Position numbers and translations under genes: made by a program. A stretch of DNA of 64,000 nucleotides from Candidatus Multivoradales bacterium (GTDB lineage: Bacteria; Acidobacteriota; Thermoanaerobaculia; Multivoradales; Multivoraceae): NCBI GenBank assembly GCA_965223325.1, contig CBDCWI010000002.1, positions 4,000,001 through 4,064,000 of the forward strand. The letters are read 5' to 3'. Positions 8,001-18,271 of the stretch are shown piece after piece. Numbering within the stretch: position 1 is the stretch's first letter; each line of letters starts with the position of its first letter. The notes below the pieces were generated by a model. It made no database searches, had not been told where the DNA came from, and saw only the letters and a list, made by a program, of their open reading frames with translations.

Positions 8001-9539
8001 TCAGGGTGACGGCGGATTGAGCCGACGGTCGAACTCTGGCGGCGCGCGTTCGAACGAGGCACGATGATGCGCTACCGTGCTCTCGATCGCGGCCACCACT
8101 TCGGGGTGTTCGGCGGCAACGTCGAAGCGCTCCTCCGGATCGCGGTGGAGGTCGTAGAGAAGCGGAGGGTCGTGCTCGGCGCGCGCCGGGGGCGCGCCAT
8201 AGGCGCCTTCGGTGACGAAGTGCAGCTTGAACCGCCCCTGCCGCCAAGCGCGTAGTTCGCCGCTGCGGTAATACGCGATTCCCTCGTCTGATGCGGGTTC
8301 TCGGTCCCTTAGAAGGGGCATCAGATCTGTTCCGTCGAGGCTGATCTCCTCCGGTGCCGGAACGCCGGCCAGCGCCAGGGCGGTGGGGAAGATATCGAGG
8401 GTGCTCCTGGGTACGCTCGACACCCCAGGCGCGATCACACCCGGCCACCAGAAGATCGCCGGCACTCGCATGCCACCCTCGAAGGTCTCGCCTTTGCCGC
8501 CGCGCAAGAGTCCGGCGCTGCCGCCGTGCTGGTTGAGGGTGCGCCAGGGCCCGTTGTCGCTGGTGAAGACCACCAGCGTGTTCTCGGCCAATCCACCTTG
8601 GCGAAGCGCTTGGGCGATTCGGCCGACGTTGGCGTCGAGCTCTTCAATGACGTCGCCGTAGAGGCCCGCGAGGCTCTGGCCCTCGAAGTCGGCGCTCCGG
8701 AACAGGGGCACGTGCGGCATGGTGTAAGGAACGTAGAGCAGAAACGGTCGCGAGTCGGCCTGGCGTTGTTTCAGAAACTGGAGCGCGCGATCCGTGTAGC
8801 GCTCGGTCAAGGTGGTCTGGTCGGCGGGTCGCTCGACGGTTCGATCTTCGAACGTATCGCCGGTGCGGCGGCTTTCAAAGAGCGGTACGTTCCAGAAGTC
8901 GACCTCAGGTGCGAAGTAGGCAGCACGCTTCTTTGCCCGGTCGGCGGCGAGGTCTTCGGTGCGCCCGCTAGCGACCGCTCGCAGGGTCTCTGGAAAGTCC
9001 ATGCCGACTTCCCAGTCCATGTCGTTCGAGTAGGGCAGACCGAGCCATTCATCGAAACCATGGCGGGTCGGCCACGCCTCGGGGCGGTCGCCGAGGTGCC
9101 ATTTACCAAAAACCGCCGTCGCGTAGCCAGCGTCGCGGAGCACCTCGGCGAGAGTCAGCTCGCGTTCCGGCAGACCTCCGGGGTCGTCCGGAAAATACAC
9201 CCCGATGCGTTCGCCGTAGAGTCCCGTGCGCACCGGCAGGCGGCCGGTGAGGAGGGCACCGCGACTCGGTGAACACACCGGCGCGGCGACGTAGAAGTCG
9301 GTCATGCGCAGACCTTCACGTGCCATCTGGTCGAGGTGGGGTGTGCGGATCGTTGGGTGACCGAAACTGCCAAGGTCGCCGTAACCGAGATCGTCGGCAA
9401 ACAGGATCACGATGTTGGGGGGTGTCGGGCTTTCGTTCGCCCCCTGTTCGGCGACGCTCTGTGGGTCGCATGCCGCCAGAAGAAGTGCGCCCCAAGCGAG
9501 CACGGCGAGTCTGATCCCCGTTGCTCCGGGCCCTTTCAT
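8001..9539 (-). CDS. Sulfatase (arylsulfatase A-like), probable lipoprotein
   Basis: Start reassigned to ATG 9539 (MKGPG..LLLAAC lipobox). PNIVILFADDLGYGD, CSPSR formylglycine motif, GKWHLG, FTSDNG. Confidence 0.92.
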   Translation of the reverse strand: MKGPGATGIRLAVLAWGALLLAACDPQSVAEQGANESPTPPNIVILFADDLGYGDLGSFGHPTIRTPHLDQMAREGLRMTDFYVAAPVCSPSRGALLTGRLPVRTGLYGERIGVYFPDDPGGLPERELTLAEVLRDAGYATAVFGKWHLGDRPEAWPTRHGFDEWLGLPYSNDMDWEVGMDFPETLRAVASGRTEDLAADRAKKRAAYFAPEVDFWNVPLFESRRTGDTFEDRTVERPADQTTLTERYTDRALQFLKQRQADSRPFLLYVPYTMPHVPLFRSADFEGQSLAGLYGDVIEELDANVGRIAQALRQGGLAENTLVVFTSDNGPWRTLNQHGGSAGLLRGGKGETFEGGMRVPAIFWWPGVIAPGVSSVPRSTLDIFPTALALAGVPAPEEISLDGTDLMPLLRDREPASDEGIAYYRSGELRAWRQGRFKLHFVTEGAYGAPPARAEHDPPLLYDLHRDPEERFDVAAEHPEVVAAIESTVAHHRASFERAPPEFDRRLNPPSP

Positions 9540-9543
9540 CGCC

Positions 9544-11128
9544 CTAGTCCTGTGGCTGATCGAAGCGTGGAACAAGCGTCGCCCCCGTATCGTCGATGCG
9601 TTCCTGAAGAGCCGTCCACATCGAGTTGAAGAGCGAACGCAGTTCTTCATCGTCGGTGCCTTCTCCGAACAGATCGAGCAACACCGGAACGCGCAGTCTG
9701 GGCCCCAGCACCCGTGAATCAATGTTGCCGATCCCGGCTCGGGTGCGATAGTCCGCGATGAGGTTGTGGCGTTCCTCCGGGTCCCGTGCGAGGTCGTAGA
9801 GCTCCCAGCCATCCCAGACGCCGTGCGTGACGATGAGTTTGTGCGTGTCGGTACGGAGCGCGAAGGTGGTGGGGGTTTGAGGGAACGCCCACTCCCAGAA
9901 GTACTCGTAGAGAAACGAAGAGCGCCACGGCGGCCGTCCCTCGGGTGCGGCCTCGAGCAGTGGAACGAAAGACCGCCCGTCGATTGCCTCAGGCTGTACG
10001 GTACCGGCCATGTCGATGAAGGTGGGTGCGAAGTCAATGTTGAGCACCATTTCTGGTCGTCGGGTGGGTTCGGTGCCCGGAACCCGAACGATCAGCGGCA
10101 CGCGAATCGACGCCTCGTAGGCGGTCCGTTTGTCGATCAGGCCGTGTTCGCCGAACTGAAACCCGTTGTCTGACGTGAAGACGACGACCGTGCGTTGGTC
10201 GAGGCCCAGCCTTCCAAGCGCTTCGAGTAGCCGTCCCGTCGAGTCGTCGACGGCGCGCAGGGCCTCGGCGTAGTCGCGCGTAAAGGTACCCATATCGCTC
10301 GTGCGGTTGTACATGCCGTCGACGCCGTGCCAGCTCATGCGTTGTGCGCGCACCCAATCGGGTTTGCCACGGTAGTTCTCGTCGTTGTCTGCCATCGACT
10401 CGGGAAATGGATACGCACGGTCTTTGTAGCTTCCGGCATGGCGGGTTGCGGGTTGAAAGGGTGAATGCACCGCCTTGTGAGACAGGTAGAGCAGGAAGGG
10501 CTGCTTCTTTTGTGCGGCACTCTCGAGGAACTCGATTGCATGATCGGTCAGCCGGTCGGTGATGTAGCCGTCACCGGCGACCCGCTTGCCATCGATGTTG
10601 AAAGCCTGATCGACATAGGTTCCCTGGCCGGGGAACGATACCCATCGGTTCCAGCCCGGCCGCGGTGAGTCGTTCTCGCCGCCCATGTGCCACTTGCCGA
10701 TGAAGGCCGTGTCGTAGCCTGCGGCTTGCAGCGCAGTTCCGAATGTTGGTAGCTCGGGCTCGAGCGGTACTCGGTTGGCCAGCACGCCGTGTTTGTGCGC
10801 CAGTTGACCGGTGAGGATCGAGGCGCGGCTCGGAGAGCACAGTGAGGTGGTCACGAAAGCGTTCTCGAAGACGACGCTCTCGCTGGCGAGGCGGTCGAGG
10901 TGGGGTGTTTCAAAGAACGTGTTGCCGAGCGCGCGCGCGCCATCGAAGCGTTGATCATCGGTGAGGATGAAAACGATCGACGGACGATCGAGCGTGGTCT
11001 CGGCCTGGGCAGGACTGCTCAGTCCATGCGAAGACCAGGAAGATCGAAAGCGTCAGGCAAAGGAGCGTTCGGCGTTTGCAGGCGGCTGTTCCCAGCGGCA
11101 CGCTGGTTCTGGCTCTCGGAGATGGCAT
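9544..11128 (-). CDS. Sulfatase (GlcNAc-6-sulfatase-like), with an apparent frameshift in the signal-peptide region
   Basis: The catalytic frame extends upstream of the ORF-track start (AQAETTLDRPSIVFILTDDQRFD..TPHLDRLA..CSPSR) to a TGA near 11054. The signal-like KRRTLLCLTLSIFLVFA lies in a different frame from ATG 11128. Confidence 0.85.
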
Positions 11129-11175
11129 TCGGCAAGCTAACATGCCGCGCTACCGGAGGAGAGCCCACCTCGAGT

Positions 11176-13140
11176 TCAGTTGTCGGCTCGTGATCCCAGC
11201 CATGCGTTGCGCCGTGCGGACACCTCGCCGGTCACCGCGCGTCCCAGGTCTTCGAAACGACGCACGGACAGCGTCGGATCGGCGGCAGTCGTGATCGAGA
11301 CCCGGCGTTCTTCGCCATCGCGGAACCGCACCAGGGCCTCCACGACGTCGCCAGGCTCGTGAGTCGCGAGGACCTCCTCGAGGTCTGCGCGGTGCTTCAA
11401 CTCGCGGTCCGCCAGCCGCAAGATCGCGTCGCCACGATCGAGGTCGGCCACGTAGAGCGGTGAACCGTGGGTTGTGCCGGAGTCGAGGAGAGCACCCGTC
11501 ATGCCGAAAGAGAGCGTCGCGTGGCCGAGCCATGCCCGATCCGGATTCTGCTGGGTGAGGGCGAAACCGAAGGGCTCGAGCAAGCCGTCGAAGTCCGGGG
11601 CTTCGCCGCCGTCGATGGACCGGCGGAAGAAGTCGTCTGCTAATGACGCTCCTGCGAACTCGACCAGCGAGGCCCGTAGATCTCCCAGGGTGTAGGGGAT
11701 TTCTGGATCTCCGTAGGCCCGCCAGAGAGACGCCATCCAGTCGTCGAGTGTCAGTTCCCTCTCTAGCCGCAGTTTCAGATCGAGCCACAGACCCAGAGCA
11801 TCACCCCAGCTGTAGTAGTGCAAGTAGGTGTTGTGACGGTTGGTCGGGTCCGCCCACACGCCGCGATCGAAGAAGGCGGCCTGTTGACTGGCGAGGCGTG
11901 GCGATGAAACACGAGGGGCCGGACTCTTTGCCATCGTGTTGATGACGTTGGACAGATTGGCGGCGTAGCGCTGGTGTGACCAGAGGCCAGCGCGAGTGAG
12001 GATCAGCCCGGTGTAGTGGTTGGTGAAACCCTCGGCAAACCACAGCGCTTCCGAGGACTCGAGGCGTGCGAAGTCGAACGGCTCGAGGTCGGCCGGGCGC
12101 AGCCGCTCCACATTCCAGGCGTGGAAGAACTCGTGCACCGCGGTGGCGATGAGGTCGGTAGCGGACGTCGCAAGGGGTCGCGGTGAAGTGAGCGGAGTCG
12201 AGTTTCGGTGTTCCATCGCATCGCCGCGCGCCCAGGGCAGGTAGTCAGCGAAGAAGGTGTAGGTGCCGTAGTCGAAACGCGGGAGCTCACCCCAGACCGC
12301 CGTCGTTTCTGCAACCAGCGCCCGCAGATTCGTGACGTAGAGCGCGGCGTCTTCTGCGGTGCCCTGATGGTGGATGGCGAACCGGAACTCAGCCTGACGG
12401 CCGTTCTCACCGGCACTCCATGAAGACCACTCGAGCGGTCCGATCTCTGTTGGTGAGTCGAGAAAGTACTGAAGGTCGTGGGCCCGAAAACGATGGGGTT
12501 GATCGGTCGGCGCCAGTTGGGTGGCGACGCTCCAGTCCGGGTCCGGGAGGTCGACGAGGAGTTCGATCGGTCGTTCTTCGAGGCCGGCAGCCCAGGCGAA
12601 GGTGGCGGGCATGTTGAGGTGGGCGTGCGTACGATCGATGGCGGTGTAGGTGCCGTCGATCTGATCTCCGTAGAGTGTGTAGCGCAGCAGGACCGTGCCC
12701 TCGTGGTATGGCACCAGCCAGCCGTGCGGACCTTCGTTTAGAACCTCGAGCGGCGCACCGTCTGCTGTTTCGGCCTCGACCGCCGAGACGTTCTTGGCGA
12801 ACTCGTGCAGGCGATAGCGGCCGGGTGAGGAACGGCTCATGCGAACCTCGAGCGGGCCGGGGGGCAAGTCCCTCCAGATCACGGTAACCAGCGCCTCGTG
12901 ATGCACGCGGTTGCTGAGGTCTAGGTGGTACTCGATCGGCGCCAGTTCGGCGGGTTGTTCTCTCGCCTGTGCTTCGGTCGCCAGTGCTTCGGTCGCCACC
13001 GCGTCGCTCGTTTCGGCGACCGGCTCCTCTTGCGCGTCTGCGCGCACGCAGAAGCTGGCCGCGCCAACGACAAGGGCCAGCGCGGCGGTTGAAACGAAAG
13101 ACCTGTCGGAAAGAGTCGAGCAAAGCGGGCGGTGCCTCAT
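11176..13140 (-). CDS. M61 family metallopeptidase with C-terminal PDZ domain
   Basis: Signal peptide, PGRYRLHEFAKNV, DSPTEIG, MEHRNST, HEFFHAWNVERLRP, LWFAEGFT. Confidence 0.92.
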   Translation of the reverse strand: MRHRPLCSTLSDRSFVSTAALALVVGAASFCVRADAQEEPVAETSDAVATEALATEAQAREQPAELAPIEYHLDLSNRVHHEALVTVIWRDLPPGPLEVRMSRSSPGRYRLHEFAKNVSAVEAETADGAPLEVLNEGPHGWLVPYHEGTVLLRYTLYGDQIDGTYTAIDRTHAHLNMPATFAWAAGLEERPIELLVDLPDPDWSVATQLAPTDQPHRFRAHDLQYFLDSPTEIGPLEWSSWSAGENGRQAEFRFAIHHQGTAEDAALYVTNLRALVAETTAVWGELPRFDYGTYTFFADYLPWARGDAMEHRNSTPLTSPRPLATSATDLIATAVHEFFHAWNVERLRPADLEPFDFARLESSEALWFAEGFTNHYTGLILTRAGLWSHQRYAANLSNVINTMAKSPAPRVSSPRLASQQAAFFDRGVWADPTNRHNTYLHYYSWGDALGLWLDLKLRLERELTLDDWMASLWRAYGDPEIPYTLGDLRASLVEFAGASLADDFFRRSIDGGEAPDFDGLLEPFGFALTQQNPDRAWLGHATLSFGMTGALLDSGTTHGSPLYVADLDRGDAILRLADRELKHRADLEEVLATHEPGDVVEALVRFRDGEERRVSITTAADPTLSVRRFEDLGRAVTGEVSARRNAWLGSRADN

Positions 13141-13162
13141 GCCGCTAGCCTATAGAAGCCCT

Positions 13163-16100
13163 CTACGGTCTCTCGCTCGACCACTCGCTGGTGTCTGAAG
13201 ACTCAAACGAGTCGGCGAACAAGATGCCAGTGTCTGCACAAGCGAAGCTTGCGGGTGTCAACACGAGCGACCATTCATCGAGGGTTCCCGGGTCAGGACT
13301 CACGTGGTCGGCGACAAAGAGGTGCCAGTCGCCTGCCGCATTGTCGCCTTCGTAGCCGGCCATCTGATCGACTGGGTCGCTGCCGGAAAGCGCCGGCGAG
13401 TTGAGCGACGGCAACCAGCTGCCAGTGAACGGAGCCTGGGTCTCGGTTGCCACCAGCAGGTCGTTGGCGGAGTCGCCGTCGATGGTGGTGTCGGTAAAGT
13501 CCTCGCCACAGTTGCCACCAAGCGCGAGGCTGCCCTCGCAGGCGCCGGCGAGCCGGTAGATGACGTCGGTTCCGAAGCCGTTCGGGGCGCGCGGCATGAC
13601 CGTCAGGTCGCCGACCCAGGTATGCGACAGCCCGTCGATGCGCACGTCGGCGTCGGTGACTTTGAAGGTGTCCGGGACGTTCAGAGTGTCAAAGGCGCCG
13701 CTGCCCCTCCCGTCGGGAATCGAGAGCGGGGTACTCAGATCGCGGGTATAGGTCGAGGGGGTGCCGGGGCCCACCTCCCCGCCGAGCCAGATCGAGACCG
13801 CGACTTCGCCCGAGCCGAGACTGCTCGAGGTGTCGATGACGAACTCGGCCAGTCGGCCGCATTCGATCGCTGGGAGGACGAACTCGAAGCTGTCACCAGT
13901 CGCCTGGCCGCCGGCGGCTATCGGGCCGAAGGCCGCGGAGTCGTCGTAGATGGTGCCGAGCAGGATCGAACCTTCGTCGACCGTAGAAAGCGTTGCGGTG
14001 GCGCCCGCGATGTCGCGGCTGGAGTGGCTCCATGGGTTGCGGAGCGTGACGGTCAATCGGATGCGTTCGCCGGGCTCGGGGAAACCATTGCCGTTACCCA
14101 CCGAGTCATCGATGGAAAACATGGCGGCTTCCAGCTGCGGAACGTCGAAGGACTCCTTGACGCCGTAGTGCTCGCTCGCTGCTCGTGACGTCGTCGCACC
14201 GAAACCGAGGCCGCGATCGGCGAAACCAGCCCATATCGAGCCTTCGTTGGCGCATGCGTTGGTAGCGCAGTCGGCGTCGAGGATCGCGTCCCGGGCATCG
14301 ATGAAGGTGGGATCGGCGGGCGTCATCTTGAGCCCGTCGGTGACCAGCTGGAGCATGATCTCGTTGCCGAGTGCAACGTCATCACCGTTGGCTTCAATGA
14401 TGCGTTGGCGGACTTCCCACAACGCCAGCGCCCAGACCTCGCCGGCGTTGTGAACTTCCGATGCGCCGCCGGCGTTGAAGTCGAGTGGGCTGGTGGTGAT
14501 TCCGCCGCTGGTGTCGATGAGGATGTTGTCGGTGTCACCGAATGTCAGTGGGTTGACCGCGTTGTCGGTGCTGTAGGGGAAGCGCCGGATGCCATACAGG
14601 TAGTTGTCAGTCAGTCCGGCGAGCTGGTAGGTGGCGTAGGCGCCCGAGGCGTAGCTCGCCCCTGGTGCGTCGCCTGCGGTTGGGTTGAGCAGCGCAAGAG
14701 CATAGAAGTCACTCCACCCTTCGCCCATCGCTCCGCCCTGTGCCCAATTGAGGCCTGTGCCGTTGCCGACCAGACGGTTGCTGGTGCCGTGAGTGAGTTC
14801 GTGGATGACGATCTCCGCATCGAGACTGCCGTCACGATCGGGAGACGAACCGTCGAAGACGAACATCTGCATGCGCCCGGAGGACCCATCGGGAGGTGTC
14901 GAGAAGTTGGCGTTGTTGGTTCCGCTGCCATCGTGGGCCTCGGCGAGCACCCGGTCGCCGCCCGAACCCTGTCCGGTCGAGTTCACCTCTTCGAAGTTGC
15001 CCGAGGCCTCGTCGAACCCCAGAGAGTGCAGACGGTCGTGGTACCAGTTGGTGACGTAGAAGAGCTGGGTGACGGCCCCACGACGGAACGGGGCCACCAG
15101 AGGCGCGTCGCCAGCGTCCGGGTCACCCGCTGAAGGTGCCGGCGTGTAGTCGTAGTCGCGCGGCGCACTCCCCAGGAAGTCGCGGTCGCGACCGTTGGTG
15201 TCCGGGTTGCCGGTTGGCCGTCCGGTCGCGTCGAGCAGGGCGTCCGGCAGGTTGTCGGCGTCGGTGTCGAGGTAGGCATCGACGTTGTTCCCAGTGGTGG
15301 TGCTGACGCCGTTCGCCAGCCAGCCTTCCGGGCTTGCCGCCGAATCGTAGGCGTCGAGCATCGATACGACGGTGCGCGCAATCTCAGCCGGCTGCGTTCC
15401 ATCGCCCGGGTCGAGCGTCGTCGGCGAAAGCGGCGCTGGGTTGTCAGCCGGGGTGACCCCGTCGGCCTGAACGTAGACCGAGAAGCGCGCGTCGTGGAGC
15501 GAGGGTGCACCGCGGGTTGTCAACCGCTCTGCGTCTTCTGTTGCGCCGAGGTGGCTGCGAATGTTCTTGCGCCAGAGCAACGTGCCGTCGACGGCGGAGT
15601 GAAGGCTGATCCAATCGCCAGGGCCATCGGTGAACGTGATGTGCGCCCAGGCCGGAACCAGTTCTCCACCGGCGAGGGGAAACAAGACTTGCCACGACTT
15701 GACCGGTCCGCGCACGCGCGTGCTGGACACTGCCAGGTGGTCGGCTGAAAGGCGGCGGATGGCCTGCCGCTCGAGGTTGATGCCGAGATCGGAGAGGGCG
15801 TGGTTGAGGCTCTCTTCAGCAGACAGGGTAAACGCCGGCGCCGCGGTGCGCGACGAGCCCGGCACCAGGCGGCCGACAGTACGACGTACGCGGTTTTGAC
15901 GGTCGAAGAAGACCTTCATCTCACCCTGGAACACCGGCAGCCCGCCAACCCGCTGCTCCAGTCGAACCATGCCGAGGCCGGTTGGAGACAGGCTCTCGCC
16001 AACCACCGTGAGAGCTTCCCGGTTGGTACCGATTCCGTAGAGGTCGGCGTGTTCGATCAGGAACGAGAGCGCCAGGTCAGAGGGTGAACGGCCGAGCTCA

Positions 16101-16459
16101 CCAGCGGTCAGCGCACCGCGACGCGCGCTGACCACCTCGGTCATCCCAAGGGCCCCGCGCTGGGCCTCTGCATAGGCTGACTCCTCGCGGAGTCGGTCGA
16201 GCGCGTGGTCGAAAGCGCGATTGCGCATCTCGCTGGTCGCCGCCAGGCTACGCGAATCGCCACCTACCGACTGCCGGACCGCTGCCAGCTCCTGGTCGCC
16301 GATGAGCCGGATGTCGTAGTTGCCGAGCGCCGCCTCGTACCGGTTTTCAGGTTGAAGTGGTGCGCGTTGGGCGGCGACACTGGACGTCCACGCGACCAGC
16401 GCAGCGAAGAGAACGATGGGAAGGGGAGCAGAGCGACGAAAGCTGGACGAGAGAGACAT
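13163..16459 (-). CDS. M36 (fungalysin-like) metallopeptidase with propeptide, P-domain and C-terminal FADSFES motif
   Basis: Start reassigned to ATG 16459 (signal peptide). TTTGNNV, NNANFSTPPDG, HELTHG, MGEGWSD, GIRRFPYS, EVHNAGEVWA, HTWVGDL P-domain; ends ILFADSFESSDTSEWSSERP. Confidence 0.92.
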   Translation of the reverse strand: MSLSSSFRRSAPLPIVLFAALVAWTSSVAAQRAPLQPENRYEAALGNYDIRLIGDQELAAVRQSVGGDSRSLAATSEMRNRAFDHALDRLREESAYAEAQRGALGMTEVVSARRGALTAGELGRSPSDLALSFLIEHADLYGIGTNREALTVVGESLSPTGLGMVRLEQRVGGLPVFQGEMKVFFDRQNRVRRTVGRLVPGSSRTAAPAFTLSAEESLNHALSDLGINLERQAIRRLSADHLAVSSTRVRGPVKSWQVLFPLAGGELVPAWAHITFTDGPGDWISLHSAVDGTLLWRKNIRSHLGATEDAERLTTRGAPSLHDARFSVYVQADGVTPADNPAPLSPTTLDPGDGTQPAEIARTVVSMLDAYDSAASPEGWLANGVSTTTGNNVDAYLDTDADNLPDALLDATGRPTGNPDTNGRDRDFLGSAPRDYDYTPAPSAGDPDAGDAPLVAPFRRGAVTQLFYVTNWYHDRLHSLGFDEASGNFEEVNSTGQGSGGDRVLAEAHDGSGTNNANFSTPPDGSSGRMQMFVFDGSSPDRDGSLDAEIVIHELTHGTSNRLVGNGTGLNWAQGGAMGEGWSDFYALALLNPTAGDAPGASYASGAYATYQLAGLTDNYLYGIRRFPYSTDNAVNPLTFGDTDNILIDTSGGITTSPLDFNAGGASEVHNAGEVWALALWEVRQRIIEANGDDVALGNEIMLQLVTDGLKMTPADPTFIDARDAILDADCATNACANEGSIWAGFADRGLGFGATTSRAASEHYGVKESFDVPQLEAAMFSIDDSVGNGNGFPEPGERIRLTVTLRNPWSHSSRDIAGATATLSTVDEGSILLGTIYDDSAAFGPIAAGGQATGDSFEFVLPAIECGRLAEFVIDTSSSLGSGEVAVSIWLGGEVGPGTPSTYTRDLSTPLSIPDGRGSGAFDTLNVPDTFKVTDADVRIDGLSHTWVGDLTVMPRAPNGFGTDVIYRLAGACEGSLALGGNCGEDFTDTTIDGDSANDLLVATETQAPFTGSWLPSLNSPALSGSDPVDQMAGYEGDNAAGDWHLFVADHVSPDPGTLDEWSLVLTPASFACADTGILFADSFESSDTSEWSSERP

Positions 16460-16591
16460 GAGTGGGGTCCTCGGGCAGAAGCCCGTCAAAACAACATATT
16501 CGACTAATTCTATTCTTTCTAGCCTCAAATCCGAAATCCGGCTGGGCCTGCACAGGTACAGTGAGGCGATCAACCAAGAGAGGAGTCGCCC

Positions 16592-17188
16592 GTGAAGACC
16601 TTCATCCACCCGCTGTCCTTGGCCTTTGTACTGGCTGTGGCGGTCCTGGTCGCTCTGCCCCTGGCCGCCGAAGTTCCCTCCGCCGACGTGCAGATCGCGG
16701 CCGCTCTGCAGGCCGCGCCGGCCGACCGGCGCGCCGAGGCCGGCGTCCTCGGCTATGACGAGTCCGGAAAGCTCGTGACCCTTCGCGCGGCCAAGAACGA
16801 CCTCATTTGCCTCGGCGACACCCCGGGCGACGACCGTTGGAGTGTCGCCTGCTACCACGAGTCGCTCGAGCCGTACATGGCCCGCGGTCGTGAGTTGAAT
16901 GCTGAGGGGGTCACCGGCAAGGAGCGCAACGACCTGCGCTGGAAAGAAATTGCCGACGGCAAGCTCGACATGCCACGCGAACCGCGCACCCTCTACGTCA
17001 TGAACGGCGACGGCTACGATAGCGACAAAGACGAGGTCGAGAACGCGTATGTTCGTTGGGTCATCTACATGCCCTATGCGACGCCGGAGTCCACCGGTCT
17101 GAGTGCCAAACCCGTCGAAGGAGCACCCTGGCTGATGTTCCCCGGCACAGCGGGTGCGCACGTGATGATCAATCCGCCGCGCCCTTGA
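16592..17188 (+). CDS. Secreted hypothetical protein
   Basis: AGGAG SD before a GTG start, signal peptide, PWLMFPGTAGAHVMI C-terminus; its stop overlaps the next start. Confidence 0.8.
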   Translation: MKTFIHPLSLAFVLAVAVLVALPLAAEVPSADVQIAAALQAAPADRRAEAGVLGYDESGKLVTLRAAKNDLICLGDTPGDDRWSVACYHESLEPYMARGRELNAEGVTGKERNDLRWKEIADGKLDMPREPRTLYVMNGDGYDSDKDEVENAYVRWVIYMPYATPESTGLSAKPVEGAPWLMFPGTAGAHVMINPPRP

Positions 17189-18219
17189 AGGTCGGCACAA
17201 CGCTTCCGCAGGCGCGCCTGCCGGAAGTCGCGGCTGCCGCACAGAAGGCCGAGCAGGACGGCTACGACGGCGTCGTCACCCTCGACAACCGCCACGAGCC
17301 GTTCCTGGCTCTCGGCATCGCCGCCGTCAACACCAAGCGCCTGGGACTGGCCACCGGCATCGCGGTGGCGTTCCCGCGCAGCCCAATGGTGGTGGCGATG
17401 ACCGCTTGGGATCTGCAGGCAGCGTCCGGCGGGCGTTTCTCTCTCGGCCTCGGGAGCCAGATCAAGCCGCATATCGAACGCCGCTTCAGCACACCCTGGA
17501 GCGCGCCAGCTCCGCGCATGCGCGAGTACATCGAAAGTCTGCGCGCGATCTGGCATGCGTGGTCAACCAGCGAGAAGCTCGACTACCAGGGGAAGTACTA
17601 CAAGTTCTCCTTGATGACCCCCAACTTCACGCCCGAAGCCCTCGCCGGACCCCCTCCTCCGATCTCCGTTGCAGCCGTCGGTCCACGCATGCTCGAGATG
17701 GCCGCAGCCTGTTCAGACGGAGTGCGCCTCCACGCGTTCAACACCCGTACCTACCTCGAACAAACCGTCATGCCGATTCTCGACAGAGGCCTCGAGGCCC
17801 GCGGGATGGACCGTTCGCAGTTCGAAGTCTCGGGCGGTGGGTTCCTCTGCACCGGCCCAGACGACGAAGCCGTGGATTCTCGTCTCGACTGGATCAGGAA
17901 ACGCGTCGGCTTCTACGGCTCCACCCCGTCGTACTGGCCGGTGCTGGCTGCGCACGGCAAGGAAGACCTCGGCCGCGAGCTCAGGCAACTGACCCGCGAA
18001 GGCAAGTGGGACGAGCTCCCCCGTCGTGTCGACGACGACACCGTACGGCTCTTCGCCGCGGTCGGCCGCCATGACGAGATTGAGGGCGCGGTGCGCGAGC
18101 GTTTCGGCGGTCTGGTCGATGCGATCGGCGCCAGCGCGTCAGCTGACATTCCAGGCGACCTTCCGCCTGGCTTGATAGAGGACCTGCAGGCGATTCCCAC
18201 GCGGAGAGGGGCGCAGTAG
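17185..18219 (+). CDS. LLM-class (luciferase-like) oxidoreductase, probably F420-dependent
   Basis: TTG start overlapping the upstream TGA. HEPFL, TGIAVAFPRSP, LGLGSQIKPHIERRFS, FYGSTPSY. Confidence 0.85.
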   Translation: MKVGTTLPQARLPEVAAAAQKAEQDGYDGVVTLDNRHEPFLALGIAAVNTKRLGLATGIAVAFPRSPMVVAMTAWDLQAASGGRFSLGLGSQIKPHIERRFSTPWSAPAPRMREYIESLRAIWHAWSTSEKLDYQGKYYKFSLMTPNFTPEALAGPPPPISVAAVGPRMLEMAAACSDGVRLHAFNTRTYLEQTVMPILDRGLEARGMDRSQFEVSGGGFLCTGPDDEAVDSRLDWIRKRVGFYGSTPSYWPVLAAHGKEDLGRELRQLTREGKWDELPRRVDDDTVRLFAAVGRHDEIEGAVRERFGGLVDAIGASASADIPGDLPPGLIEDLQAIPTRRGAQ

Positions 18220-18271
18220 CCCGTCGGTGGCAGTGACGCCGTCAAAAGGCTCGGGGCGTAGGGGCCAGGCG

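Noticed and set aside
9540-10037. Long N-terminal extension of the 678-aa sulfatase ORF
   Set aside because: It overlaps the upstream sulfatase out of frame and is low-complexity. A lipoprotein signal begins at ATG 9539.
16460-17242. N-terminal 260 aa of the 1359-aa M36 ORF
   Set aside because: It is the antisense shadow of the real plus-strand gene 16592-17188. The signal peptide begins at ATG 16459.
17185-18219. LLM protein as the luciferase partner of the LuxC/LuxE-like pair (bioluminescence)
   Set aside because: It is about 29 kb away, is a single gene rather than a luxAB pair, and has motifs of the F420-type LLM group.
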